From positions 1,728,001 to 1,792,000 of the forward strand of contig OZ219747.1 in assembly GCA_964291265.2 (NCBI GenBank): a DNA stretch of 64,000 nucleotides. Direction: 5' to 3'. The notes under the pieces are model-generated. The model made no database searches and was not told where the DNA came from. It worked only from the letters and a program-made list of their open reading frames with translations. Each line of letters starts with the position of its first letter. The first letter of the stretch is position 1. Positions 1 through 9,771 of the stretch are shown here, piece after piece. The position numbers and the translations under genes were made by a program. Origin of the DNA: Alphaproteobacteria bacterium. GTDB lineage: Bacteria; Pseudomonadota; Alphaproteobacteria; SP197.

Positions 1-77
1 GCCTCGACCTCGTGTTCCCACAGTACCGAAAGCGGTTCACCCTGGGCATCGTCATCGAGGCAGTTGAGATCGACTAG
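1..77 (+). CDS. 3' end of an unidentified gene entering the window (...LDLVFPQYRKRFTLGIVIEAVEID*)
   Basis: Open frame 3 ending TAG at 75-77; too short to identify. Confidence 0.35.
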   Translation, partial: LDLVFPQYRKRFTLGIVIEAVEID

Positions 78-330
78 CGTCGCGTCACTGCCACCGGGAG
101 ATTGCGTCACGTGCTCGACAAGGTACCGGCGTTGGCGCACGAGAGCGATCCGGCCGGGTTCGGGCAACACAGCGTTCATGCGGTCAGTCGATCGTCCTTC
201 ACACCGGCACTCGTACGATGCCAACTGAATGCACCGAGGCCGGGGAGGTCGTCAAGGAATCGACCCGTGCAAGACACCGTGCGGCACGTGGATCGGGTCA
301 TCCATCCCGCGCAGTGAGGTGATGCTGATC

Positions 331-1494
331 TCATGGTCGTGGTGGATTGCGCGTTACCGAACGACACATGGCGTCGATTCCTTCGCCGATCCGTTCGGCA
401 GCGGCTTCGACTTCACTGTCCGCCACGTGTGCGTATCGCAGGGTCATCGAAACCTGCCGGTGACCAAGGAACCTCGCCACGATCGGAAGCGGCACACCGT
501 TGAGGACAGCCTGGCTGGCGAAATTGTGTCGCAGGTCATGCAGACGCACATCCTCGATACCAGCCCGTTTGCGGAGGTCGAACCAGAGTGGGGCGGAGCT
601 TGGAGTGGGCAAGGTCGGATTGGAGGGCGAAGGAAAGACATAGTCGCTGCCGAAGTGGGACTGACGAGCGATGATCTGACGAGCCTCACTGTTGAGGTAG
701 ATTTTCCGCGGCCCTGTCTTGCTGTCCGCAAGATTGAGAGTGTCCGTGTCGACCTCGCACCATTTGAGCGTCCGGATCTCGTTGAAACGGCATCCCGTAT
801 AGTAGAGCATGCGGATCACGTCTGCCTGCGCCGCTCGCGAGGGGCGTTCGGTAACCATTCGGTCAAGTTCGGCGTGCAGCCGACGGGCTTCGTCCCGGGA
901 CAGGAACCGGTTGAAACGACGTTGCGGGTTGCGGCGAATGCCTCTGGCAGGGTTGGTCTCGAGATGGCCGTGGCTCTTGGCGTGATTGAGGATCTGGCAC
1001 AACGTATCGAGAGCGTGATTGGCGCCGCCTGGCGCCGTTCCGCTGTAGTGGTCGAACCATGCCATCACCTCCTTGCGTGTGATTCGGTCAAGCGGCCTGG
1101 CGCCAAAGGTCGGCAGGAGTTGAGTTTTGAGTGTAGTTCCGGTGGTCCGCCGGGTGGACAACTTGAAGCGGTCGAAACACTCGGGCCGCCAGACATCTGC
1201 GACAAAGTCGCCGAAGAGAGGGGACGGTGGCGTGTCCGTCACGGATTCCACGGCGCCGGACTGAATGGCGAGACACCGGGAGCGGGCCTCGTCGACAGTT
1301 ATGTGCGTCGCGGAACCCACAGTCCTGCGTTTCGAGGAGCCGTTGCCGTTGTCCATGAGAACGAACGACTTGTAACCGGAAGGCCGCACCCTGACACCAA
1401 GGCCTGTGACCCGCGTATCCCAGACAGTGAATTCGCCCGGTGCGGCCACCAGCCGGGAAACGGCACGATCACTCAGACGCATCTTGCGTGTCAT
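331..1494 (-). CDS. Tyrosine recombinase/integrase with N-terminal arm-binding domain (second gene of pair 1)
   Basis: VWDTRVTGLGVRVRPSG arm domain; TGCR, SKTG, HDLRH, LGH and RYAH catalytic motifs; ATG 1494 overlaps the upstream stop (ATGA). Confidence 0.93.
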   Translation of the reverse strand: MTRKMRLSDRAVSRLVAAPGEFTVWDTRVTGLGVRVRPSGYKSFVLMDNGNGSSKRRTVGSATHITVDEARSRCLAIQSGAVESVTDTPPSPLFGDFVADVWRPECFDRFKLSTRRTTGTTLKTQLLPTFGARPLDRITRKEVMAWFDHYSGTAPGGANHALDTLCQILNHAKSHGHLETNPARGIRRNPQRRFNRFLSRDEARRLHAELDRMVTERPSRAAQADVIRMLYYTGCRFNEIRTLKWCEVDTDTLNLADSKTGPRKIYLNSEARQIIARQSHFGSDYVFPSPSNPTLPTPSSAPLWFDLRKRAGIEDVRLHDLRHNFASQAVLNGVPLPIVARFLGHRQVSMTLRYAHVADSEVEAAAERIGEGIDAMCRSVTRNPPRP

Positions 1495-2627
1495 GCCTGA
1501 TCCCTCCCGCCCAGGATCGCACCGAGAGCCTCCGCCGCCTCGTGGACCGAGGCGTCGGCAAAATGCGTGTACTTCAGAGTGGTGGCGGGATTGCTGTGGC
1601 CCAGAAGCCGGCCGATGGTGAGGACCGTCTCGCCATGGGCGAGGGCCACGGAGGCATATGTATGTCGCAGATCGTGAAGGCGAACATCCGTGATACCTGC
1701 TTCTGTACGCACGTTCCGCCAGAAGTAGCCGAGCATGTCCTTCGACAGGCAACGGTCCCCGCGACGGGACGGGAAGATCCAGGAGCCGCTTCGGGGCAGC
1801 CCATCCAGGATCCGGCGCGCATGCGATGACAACCAGACCGTGCGGGGGCCTGCCTTGCTGTCACGCAGGTAGAGCTTGCCCTCGCGATAGTCCAACCACT
1901 TGAGTGTCAGGATCTCGGACTTCCGGGCGCCGGTGAGAAGCAGCAACCGCACGATTGCGGCCAGGAGAGATTGCTTCGCAGGCCTCTTGTCGAGAACGTC
2001 GCTCAACCGCCGGATCTCGTCGTGGTTGAGGAACCTCTCACGATTGCGCCGGCGGTAACGCTTGATGCCGGTACATGGGTTGGATCCCTCCGGGCGATAG
2101 CCGTAGACCTCCGCCTGGCGAAGGATCACCGACAGGACCGGCGCCGAGCGGTCGGCAGCCACAGGCGTCGCATGGAGCGACGCGAACCAGCGCTGAACGT
2201 CGTGTCGCGTGATCTCGTCTATCGCGCGGCCCTTGAACCGCGGCAAGATCTGGTTCCTGTAGTAGACGCGGTTGACCTCCAGCGTGCTCGGCTTCCAATG
2301 CCACTGGTAGCGCCGGAAGACCTCGTCCGCGACATCCTCGAACAGGAGGGATGCGGCGGCGACAGGCGAAGCCTCGTCACATCGGGACCGTGACGCCAGG
2401 AGAGATGTCACCTGCTCCCGGGCGCACTCCAGGGTCATGGTCCCGGCGTCGCCTATCGAGTGCCAGACCCTCTTGCCGTCGACCTGACTGTGGAGGAAGT
2501 AGCTCTTGCGGCCTGATGGCAGGACACGGACACCAAAGCCCCGGATGACGGAGTCGCGAATGTCACGGGTCTTTCCGGTTGGCTTGAGGGCATCGACCCG
2601 TCGTTGCGTGAGGCGATTCTTCGGCAT
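1491..2627 (-). CDS. Tyrosine recombinase/integrase with arm-binding domain (first gene of pair 1)
   Basis: GFGVRVLPSG; TGAR, SKAG, HDLRH, LGH, KYTH motifs. Confidence 0.93.
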   Translation of the reverse strand: MPKNRLTQRRVDALKPTGKTRDIRDSVIRGFGVRVLPSGRKSYFLHSQVDGKRVWHSIGDAGTMTLECAREQVTSLLASRSRCDEASPVAAASLLFEDVADEVFRRYQWHWKPSTLEVNRVYYRNQILPRFKGRAIDEITRHDVQRWFASLHATPVAADRSAPVLSVILRQAEVYGYRPEGSNPCTGIKRYRRRNRERFLNHDEIRRLSDVLDKRPAKQSLLAAIVRLLLLTGARKSEILTLKWLDYREGKLYLRDSKAGPRTVWLSSHARRILDGLPRSGSWIFPSRRGDRCLSKDMLGYFWRNVRTEAGITDVRLHDLRHTYASVALAHGETVLTIGRLLGHSNPATTLKYTHFADASVHEAAEALGAILGGRDQA

Positions 2628-2929
2628 AGCATTCTCTCCGATTCCTGTTGCACCGGGGGTACGGAAACGGCATGAATCCGCTTCCCCGGCAGAATCTCGT
2701 GAGAGAGAACGCTTTTTGTTTCAGTGGGTTACGGTTCCGTTCAGCACCGAAGGTGCGGAAGAGGTGTACGCGGAATTCGAGGAAAGGACCGGAGACGGCA
2801 TCGGTGGATCTTCCGGGGCGCCAGCCGCCGTTGCCGCGCGACTTCCAGACACCGGTCCGTTTCGCCTGACCGGAGTATGTCACGGACGGCGCCCGGCGAG
2901 GACTGGTGCGTGCCGGAGACCGCCTGACG

Positions 2930-3814
2930 TCAGCCGTTGCGCCGCCACGCGGCAAGGGCGTCGTTGAAGCGTTTGAGATAATCCTCCGTGTAGGCGACAT
3001 AGTCGACATCCAGGGACGAGTGGGTCTCCTGGACCATGCTCCACATGGCCTCGCGCAACAGCGATGCGCAGACCAGGGCCCCGAGGCTCCGCCTCACCTC
3101 GTCGGTGACCGGCCGGCCCAGAACCAGTTCCGCGACGTTGTCCCGGGCACCGGCGTCGAGATGACTGTTGGAGGCAAGGTTGGCGATGTCGAAGAGGGCC
3201 GTGTTGTAGCCGGCGTACTCCCAGTCGACGAGCCACAGTCTCTCACCGTCATCGAGGACGTTCGCGGCCAGGAGATCGTTGTGGCAGAGAACCGGATTGA
3301 TCGGGCCGACGGCCGCTTCCAGATCCTGCGCTGCCCCGAGGAACCGCGGCACCTGCGCCAGCAGGCGATGATGGTCGTCGTGGAGACGATGCCCGTAGTC
3401 GCGGATGACGTGGAACACCCAGAAGAACGGGGCCCGGCCCCGCAGATGACGCGCCCCGTCGCGGTGGAGACGAGCCAGCAGGTCCGCCATGCGTTCGAGA
3501 TTGCCGGGATCACGCACATCGGCATCGTTGAAGGTGTGGCCGTCGATCCAGCGCACCACCAGGACCCCCTTGGCCGAATAATGGACTTCTGGGGCGAGGC
3601 CCGCCGCGTGCGCCGCGCGGCTGCAGGCGGCCTCATGGGTCCGGCGGATGCCGTGGACGGGAATGTTGCTGCCCATCCGCACCAGGAAACTGCCTGCGCC
3701 GTCGTCGACGCGGAAGTTGAGGTTGGTGATACCCCCTTCGATCGGGCGGGGTGTGACCGGTCCGTGCCAACAGGGCAGTCCGGCGGCCCTGACAACGGCC
3801 TCGTCAGGTGTCAT
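2930..3814 (-). CDS. Choline/ethanolamine kinase-family phosphotransferase
   Basis: GGITNLN, CHNDLLAANV, LVDWEYAG motifs. Confidence 0.88.
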   Translation of the reverse strand: MTPDEAVVRAAGLPCWHGPVTPRPIEGGITNLNFRVDDGAGSFLVRMGSNIPVHGIRRTHEAACSRAAHAAGLAPEVHYSAKGVLVVRWIDGHTFNDADVRDPGNLERMADLLARLHRDGARHLRGRAPFFWVFHVIRDYGHRLHDDHHRLLAQVPRFLGAAQDLEAAVGPINPVLCHNDLLAANVLDDGERLWLVDWEYAGYNTALFDIANLASNSHLDAGARDNVAELVLGRPVTDEVRRSLGALVCASLLREAMWSMVQETHSSLDVDYVAYTEDYLKRFNDALAAWRRNG

Positions 3815-4295
3815 GGTGATCGTCTCCTTTCGCCGCCGGACGGGCTGCCGCGGAGTAGCGCGGTGTGTCCGTGGCCGGGGCCGGCTGGCCGATATCGGCG
3901 AGGCGGCCCTCGATGGCATCGGTCTCGAGGCGAATGAGGCCACCGTTGCGGAAGACGAGGGATACGGAACCGGCCGACTCCCGGCGGCCTTCGCTGACGA
4001 TGGTCATCAGCTCCGCATCCCCATCGCCCCCCAGGCCATCGAGGTCCCAGGCGTCGACTCTGACGACGCGGTCGAGAACAAGCGCACAGTCGACCTGCAT
4101 GTCCTCACCGCCGGGGAGTTCGTAGCAGAATCGCCGGAACAGGGCGGCAAACCGGTGGTCTTCCTCTACCCAGGTAACCTCGGCCAGGGGCATGCGCGCG
4201 CTCTGCAAGACGGTGGCGAAAACCTCCAGATCGTCATCGTCGACAGCCTTGAGGCGCAACTGCCTGGGGCTTGTATCCTTGACTGGATGGCTCAT
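3804..4295 (-). CDS. DUF2948-family protein
   Basis: LRLKAVDDDDLEVFATVLQ N-terminus and RLADIGQP C-terminus; downstream of murA as usual in Alphaproteobacteria. Confidence 0.8.
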   Translation of the reverse strand: MSHPVKDTSPRQLRLKAVDDDDLEVFATVLQSARMPLAEVTWVEEDHRFAALFRRFCYELPGGEDMQVDCALVLDRVVRVDAWDLDGLGGDGDAELMTIVSEGRRESAGSVSLVFRNGGLIRLETDAIEGRLADIGQPAPATDTPRYSAAARPAAKGDDHHDT

Positions 4296-4316
4296 GCCGC
4301 CAGTCTCCGAGTCATG

Positions 4317-4900
4317 TCACGAACCTCCGGAGTGTCCGGCGGCAACACTCCTTGCTCCGCGCAGGTACGCCGGTCGGCGACGTCTGATGTCGCGGGCCGC
4401 GTTCAGTTCCGCATGGTCCACATGACCGCGCGCCACGCACTTGAGTGTCGCTTGCAAGGGGCGCGTATCGGCGTCCACCGCTCCACACTCCGCACACGTT
4501 CGGCCGGGATGCGCCGCGTTCACCACGACGAATCGCGCAGCCCTGCAGCCGATCGTCGCCTGCACGCCGCTCCAGCCGGTGGCAAGGATGGCGCGATGGA
4601 AGCCGGCCTTCCAACGCACGTTGGCGCCCGGCTCCTCGACGGTTTTCTTCGCGGCACGCGTCCTGTCGGCGGTCTTCAGGCCTTCCACGACGACCGTTCT
4701 CCCCGCTGCGCTTCCGCGAGACCTGGTGCTGCCAGGCGCGCCGCGTCATCGCGATCCTGCGCACCGTCCGGGCATGGCGCCGCCGGGTGCGCTCACGCCG
4801 CTGGCCCCCGGTCGGCACCCCGAAGGATCGTTGCCGCGCACCCGCCTGATACTCGGGGCACGGCGCGCGGGGGTGGCATCTGCCGCAGCCACGGCGTGAC
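4317..4900 (-). pseudogene. tnpB: Decayed TnpB (IS200/IS605) remnant
   Basis: VVEGL, KAGFHRAILATGW, TCAECGAVD zinc ribbon, HAELNAARDI; frameshifted upstream, 5' limit approximate. Confidence 0.75.
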
Positions 4901-5207
4901 ACGTCGCAAGCCGATGAAGGCCTTGAAGGACGCCCGTCGGTCACGCCGCTGACACGAGCTGCTCCTGGTCGAGCACGGCTTTCCAGGCGGAGCGGCAGAC
5001 GCCTGCGGGAGAAGCCAGCTCGCGCTCCTTCTTGCGGGATCCGGGAAGCAGCCGACAGACGATCCGTCGGCATGCGGCATCGTCCGCCATGCGTTCTCTG
5101 CCCTCCATCGGCCGTCCGTTGGAGGGGACAGGCGACCACGAACCACCCGTGCATCGCCCTGCAACATCGCCATTCAGTCAAGGGCATGGTTGTCACATGG
5201 AATCATG

Positions 5208-6470
5208 TCAGCCGGGAATCCTCTCGATCATGGCTCCGCATCCCGAGAGTTTCTCCACCAACCGTTCGTAACCGCGATCGAGGTGATAGACCCGGTTGAC
5301 CATGGTTTCGCCCTCGGCAGTCAGCCCGGCAAGGATCAGACAAACGGAAGCGCGGAGATCCGTGGCCATGACCGGAGCCCCCTTCAGCCTGTCGACTCCG
5401 CGGACGATGGCTGTTCCGCCGCTGACATCGATGTCCGCTCCCATGCGCATGAGTTCGGGCACATGCATGAAACGGTTCTCGAAAATGCTCTCGTGTATTC
5501 GCGACATGCCGCATGCCGTGGTCATGAGCGCCATGAACTGTGCCTGAAGGTCCGTGGCAAAGCCGGGGAAGGGGCGGGTCGTGACATCGACTCCCTTGAG
5601 GATGCCGTCGGCGCGCCGGACATCGATACCGCCGTTCTGGTCCTCGATCGAGACGCCTGCCCGACGCAGGGCGGTGGCGACATCGCCGAAGTGGTCTTCC
5701 GAGGCGCCGACGAGTCGGAGGCGTCCGCCGGTGGCAGCCGCTGCCATGGCATAGGTGCCGGCCTCGATGCGGTCAGGAAGCATGCGATGGGTGGCGCCTC
5801 CCAGGCGGGCGACACCATTGATGCGGATCTCGCTGGTTCCGGCGCCGGAAATGTCGGCGCCCATCGCGTTGAGGCAATCGGCAAGATCGCCGATTTCCGG
5901 TTCCATGGCGGCATTGCCGATGAGGGTGGTGCCTCGGGCCAGTGTTGCCGTCATCATGACGTGCTCGGTGGCGCCCACCGAGACCTGTGGAAAGATGAAC
6001 TCGGCACCGTCGAGGCCGCCTGGCGCCTCGCCCACGAGATACCCTTCCCTCAGTTCGATGGTCGCGCCAAGCGCCTCGAGTCCGGCGATGTGGAGATCCA
6101 CAGGCCGCGTGCCGATGGCGCAACCGCCGGGGAGCGAGACCTCGGCGTGACCGCAGCGGGCAAGGAGCGGGCCGAAGACCAGGATCGAGGCCCGCATCTT
6201 GCGGACCAGGTCATAGGGTGCCTTCATCGAGGTCAGCGACGAGGCATCCAGTGTCATGCGTCCGTCACGGTGCCCCTCCACACGGACCCCGAGCTCGGCA
6301 AGCAGGTGCGCGAGAACGCTGACATCCACGACGTTCGGCTGGTTCGAGAGAACGAGGGGTTCGTCACTCAGCAGGGAGGCGACCATGAGCTTGAGCGCCG
6401 TGTTCTTGGCGCCCGCTATGGTGATCGTGCCCTCGAGTGGTATGCCGCCCTCGAGGCGTATGCTGTCCAC
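5208..6470 (-). CDS. murA: UDP-N-acetylglucosamine 1-carboxyvinyltransferase
   Basis: [33 protein letters not shown]. Confidence 0.98.
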   Translation of the reverse strand: MDSIRLEGGIPLEGTITIAGAKNTALKLMVASLLSDEPLVLSNQPNVVDVSVLAHLLAELGVRVEGHRDGRMTLDASSLTSMKAPYDLVRKMRASILVFGPLLARCGHAEVSLPGGCAIGTRPVDLHIAGLEALGATIELREGYLVGEAPGGLDGAEFIFPQVSVGATEHVMMTATLARGTTLIGNAAMEPEIGDLADCLNAMGADISGAGTSEIRINGVARLGGATHRMLPDRIEAGTYAMAAAATGGRLRLVGASEDHFGDVATALRRAGVSIEDQNGGIDVRRADGILKGVDVTTRPFPGFATDLQAQFMALMTTACGMSRIHESIFENRFMHVPELMRMGADIDVSGGTAIVRGVDRLKGAPVMATDLRASVCLILAGLTAEGETMVNRVYHLDRGYERLVEKLSGCGAMIERIPG

Positions 6471-6501
6471 GTCCCTGCTCCCGGAATCCCTAGCGCGCCC
6501 C

Positions 6502-6717
6502 TCATAGACCTTTCGGGTCGCGACAAGTCAACCGTGATCCTGTGGTTGAATCGTGGCCCTGCGGCGTATCGCGTTCCCGGGTGTTCTCCTCGTCGGTGTC
6601 CTGCCGGGCTGGCCGGCAGCGCGCCCGAGACTGTTCCTTGCGCCGTTTCAGGTTGGCGCGCAGGGCTTCGGCGAGGCGCCTGGCCCTGGAATCGGGTGTT
6701 CCGGTCCCCCTGCCCAC
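6502..6717 (-). CDS. Small conserved alphaproteobacterial protein upstream of murA
   Basis: [19 protein letters not shown] motif; GTG start uncertain. Confidence 0.6.
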   Translation of the reverse strand: MGRGTGTPDSRARRLAEALRANLKRRKEQSRARCRPARQDTDEENTRERDTPQGHDSTTGSRLTCRDPKGL

Positions 6718-6788
6718 GATCAGCGCCCCCGAACTTGATTTCCGCCTGTTCACTGTGGCAGGTTCCGGCCACCTGCCCGGCGCCCAAC

Positions 6789-6863
6789 GCCGCCGTAGCT
6801 CAGTGGTAGAGCGCACCCTTGGTAAGGGTGAGGTCCTCAGTTCAATCCTGAGCGGCGGCACCA
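6789..6863 (+). tRNA. tRNA-Thr(GGT)
   Basis: GCCGCCG acceptor stem, AGTGGTA D-loop, CACCC-TTGGTAA-GGGTG anticodon arm, GTTCAATC T-loop, encoded CCA; 75 nt. Confidence 0.97.
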
Positions 6864-6971
6864 TACCCCCGACGATAACCGATACCGTGCTCCGGTACCA
6901 TGACCGCTGCGAATTGAACGTGGCGTTGCGAGGTGCGTGATGGTGGCGGCTTCTCCAGGGAGGTGGCGGTC

Positions 6972-7618
6972 ATGATGCCGACGCCGACAGAGCTTGAACG
7001 CATGACCCTTTTCGTCGTCGCCGAGATGACAAGGCGGGGCAGGGCGCGTGGCTGCGAGTTCAATCACCCGGAAGCCCATGCCTGCATTGCCGATACCCTG
7101 CTCCAAGGAGCGCGGGAAGGATGCAGTGTCGCCGACCTGGCAGGCTGGGGCGCAACGCCGCTCTCCGGCGACGACGTCATGCCAGGCATGGCGGCACTGC
7201 ATCCGATCATTCAGGTCGAGAGGCTGTTTCCGGATGGCGCCAGGCTCATCACGGTGCACCGGCCCCTTCGACCACATGCCGATGTCCCTCCACCGGGAGA
7301 GGTGATGATGCCGGATCGGGCATCACGTTCAACGCCGGCCGCCGGCGGGGCGCTCTCGTGGTGCTGAACACGGGTGACCGGCCCGTCCAGGTGGGGCACC
7401 ACCATCACGTCTTCGAGGTCAACCCCGATCTCGACTTCGAGCGCGAGGCGGCATTCGGCATGCGCCTCGACATCGCGGCTGGAGAGGCTGTTCGCTTCGA
7501 ACCCGGCGAGAGCCGTGCCGTCACCATCGTGGCCTATGGCGGTGATGGCGCGGTGAGTGGGTGCCTTGTCGAAGGGTCCCTGCGGGAGGCTCGCAGACGC
7601 GGTTTGAGGGTGGCGTGA
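6972..7618 (+). pseudogene. ureAB: Urease gamma/beta fusion pseudogene
   Basis: [25 protein letters not shown] then a frameshift into [19 protein letters not shown] and [15 protein letters not shown]. Confidence 0.85.
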
Positions 7619-7619
7619 C

Positions 7620-8580
7620 ATGACCTCCATGTCGAGTGCGCACTATGCCGGAACCTGCGGGCCGACCACGGGCGATCGGGTCATACTTGGCGACACGAGT
7701 CTTGCGGCCGCCGTCACAAGGGCTCTCCTCGTGGCGGGCGACGAACCGACGACCATCGGGCGGGAAAGAGCCATCGGGACGACGTGCGCTCGCCATGACG
7801 GGGGAACCCTCAATCTCGTCATCCACAACGCGCTGATCATCGGAATCGCAGAAGACCGACATCGGTGTGCGTGAGGGCGGCATCGCGGGGGGCGGCAAGG
7901 CGGGCAATCGGCGAATCATGGACGGCGTCCATCCCGGGCTGGTCTGTGGACCCTCGACCGTCGTCGCCCATGGCGAACGCCCGATTGCCACGCCGAGCGG
8001 AATCGATGTCCATGTCCACTTCAAGTCCCCCGATCCGGTGCGCCACGCCCTTGCCACCGGCTTCACCACCCTCGTGGGCGGCGGCCACGGGCTGCTCTTC
8101 AACATCAATTCCGGCGGCGCCTGGACGACCGGGCGCATGCTGCAGGCCACCGACGCCCTGCCGATGAACGTCGGCTTTCTCGGACGCGGCAGCACGAGCC
8201 GGACCACGGGGGTACTCGAACACGTCGCATCCGGCATCATCGGCATCAAGGTGCACGAGGACTACGGGGTGAGCCCGGCTGTCATCGACACGGCGCTCGG
8301 CGTTGCCGACGATGACGACTTCCAGGTGCAACGCCACACGGACACGCTGAACGAATCGGGTTTCCACGAATCCTGGCAGGTCGAACCTGGCGAAGCCCCT
8401 CAACGGCCATCGGACCGACGCGCAGGCTCACCAGGGCCGACATGCTCCACAACGATGCCCTGCCGGAAATCCGCGTCGATCCACAGGCATTCGAGGTCAT
8501 GGTGGACGGCCAGATGGCCTGGTGCGAACCGGTGGATCGCATGGCCCGGGGACAGCTCTACCTTCTCGGGCAGCTCCTAG
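7620..8580 (+). pseudogene. ureC: Urease alpha subunit pseudogene, frameshifted and internally deleted
   Basis: GPTTGDRVILGDT, GIDVHVHF, IKVHEDYG, HTDTLNESGF then a jump to the C-terminal HNDALPEIRVDP. Confidence 0.88.
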
Positions 8581-9509
8581 CTGTCGTCGAGGAACCGCAG
8601 GTACTGTCCCTCGAAATCGAAGGAAAGGAGCGTCTTGTAGGCATCCATGATGCGCCGCGTCACCGGACCGGGAATGGTGCCGCAGACCGTTGCGCGGCTG
8701 TCGACAGAGCGCACGGGACAGACGCACAGGCTGGTCGACGACAGGAAAATCTCGTCGGCGGTGTAGGCATCGAAGAGATCGAGGCTGGTCTCGTGCACCG
8801 GAATTCCGAGATCGGCTGCCAGGTCCATGACGGTGGAACGGCTGACGCCCTCGAGCACCATGTCGCCTCGCGGCGTGAAGAGTTCGCCCCGGCGCACGAT
8901 CCACAGGTTCTGTCCCGCTCCCTCGTTGAGATGTCCGTTGATGTCCAGCAGTCCGGCCCAGGCCTCGGGATTCACCGCCTTCACCTGTCGGTCCGCGAGG
9001 AAGACGTTGATGTAGTTCGTGAGCTTGGCGCGGGGGCTCTGGGACTCGGGCGGTGTTCGACGGATGGAAGAGATGCCGATGTCGATGCCGTCGCGGAACA
9101 GCCGCGCCCGAGGCCTGAAGGGGATGGGCTGGACATGGACGATCACCGTGGGACCGGTGCGCAGGTTGGGTTCGTCACCGACCCAGTCGGCGCCGCGCGA
9201 GACGTTCTGGAAGACCCAGTAGTCCTCTCCCTCGGGCAGGAGAGGAAGGTTGCGGGAGACCACCTCTTCGGTGATCGCAGCCATGTCTGCCGGCGTTTCG
9301 TTCACCTCGATTCCGAGGTAACGCAGGGACCGGTAGAGACGATGGATGTGTTCCGCGAGGCGAAACAGCCTGCCGTTGACCGTGCGTTCCGTGTCGAAGG
9401 CACCGTCTCCCCAGCGGAAACCGCGGTCGCGGAAGGGGACGACGACATGGCTTTCCGGAACGTAGTGGCCGTTGAAATAGGCGATTCGCTCGTTCGGACG
9501 ATCGGTCAT
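8577..9509 (-). CDS. Class IV aminotransferase (branched-chain/D-amino acid type)
   Basis: DRGFRWGDGAFD, HIHRL, EGAGQNLW, LEGVSR. Confidence 0.9.
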   Translation of the reverse strand: MTDRPNERIAYFNGHYVPESHVVVPFRDRGFRWGDGAFDTERTVNGRLFRLAEHIHRLYRSLRYLGIEVNETPADMAAITEEVVSRNLPLLPEGEDYWVFQNVSRGADWVGDEPNLRTGPTVIVHVQPIPFRPRARLFRDGIDIGISSIRRTPPESQSPRAKLTNYINVFLADRQVKAVNPEAWAGLLDINGHLNEGAGQNLWIVRRGELFTPRGDMVLEGVSRSTVMDLAADLGIPVHETSLDLFDAYTADEIFLSSTSLCVCPVRSVDSRATVCGTIPGPVTRRIMDAYKTLLSFDFEGQYLRFLDDS

Positions 9510-9631
9510 CAGTTCCCTCCGGCAGGACTTCAGCGAGTCCCGAGAGTGTGCGAGACCGCCGGAGTGGGCAAGCCATGAAGGGCCATCGGTCGCATGACAT
9601 GCCGGCACATGGCACCGATCATGGAATCATC

Positions 9632-9700
9632 TCCACTATATGAGGGACATCCCTCAATATGTGGTGCTGTTGATAAATCAGGTTGAACATATGGTGGATC
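9632..9700 (+). promoter_or_regulatory. Putative NrdR boxes upstream of nrdJ
   Basis: CCACTATATGAGGG, CTCAATATGTGGTG and AACATATGGTGG resemble the acaCwAtATaTwGtg consensus in an AT-rich stretch. Confidence 0.6.
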
Positions 9701-9771
9701 CAATGTCACACTAATCGTTCGCCAGTTGCTTCAGGGAACTGTGACGAGGCCAATCTCCGGGAGCTGGATGG

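Larger units (their letters stand above)
1..2768. mobile_element. Right part of a twin-integrase integrative element; other end lies upstream of the window
   Basis: Integrase pair plus end motif AGCACCGAAGGTGCGGAAGAGGTGTAC (2743-2769), matching the boundary of the second twin-integrase element at 37265-37292. Confidence 0.7.

Noticed and set aside
4317-4900. Active TnpB RNA-guided system
   Set aside because: Heavily frameshifted, with the last RuvC Asp region altered (HAELNAA); no recognisable ends
6789-6863. tRNA-Thr as integration site of the islands
   Set aside because: No duplicate of its 3' end was noticed; the identified boundaries lie elsewhere
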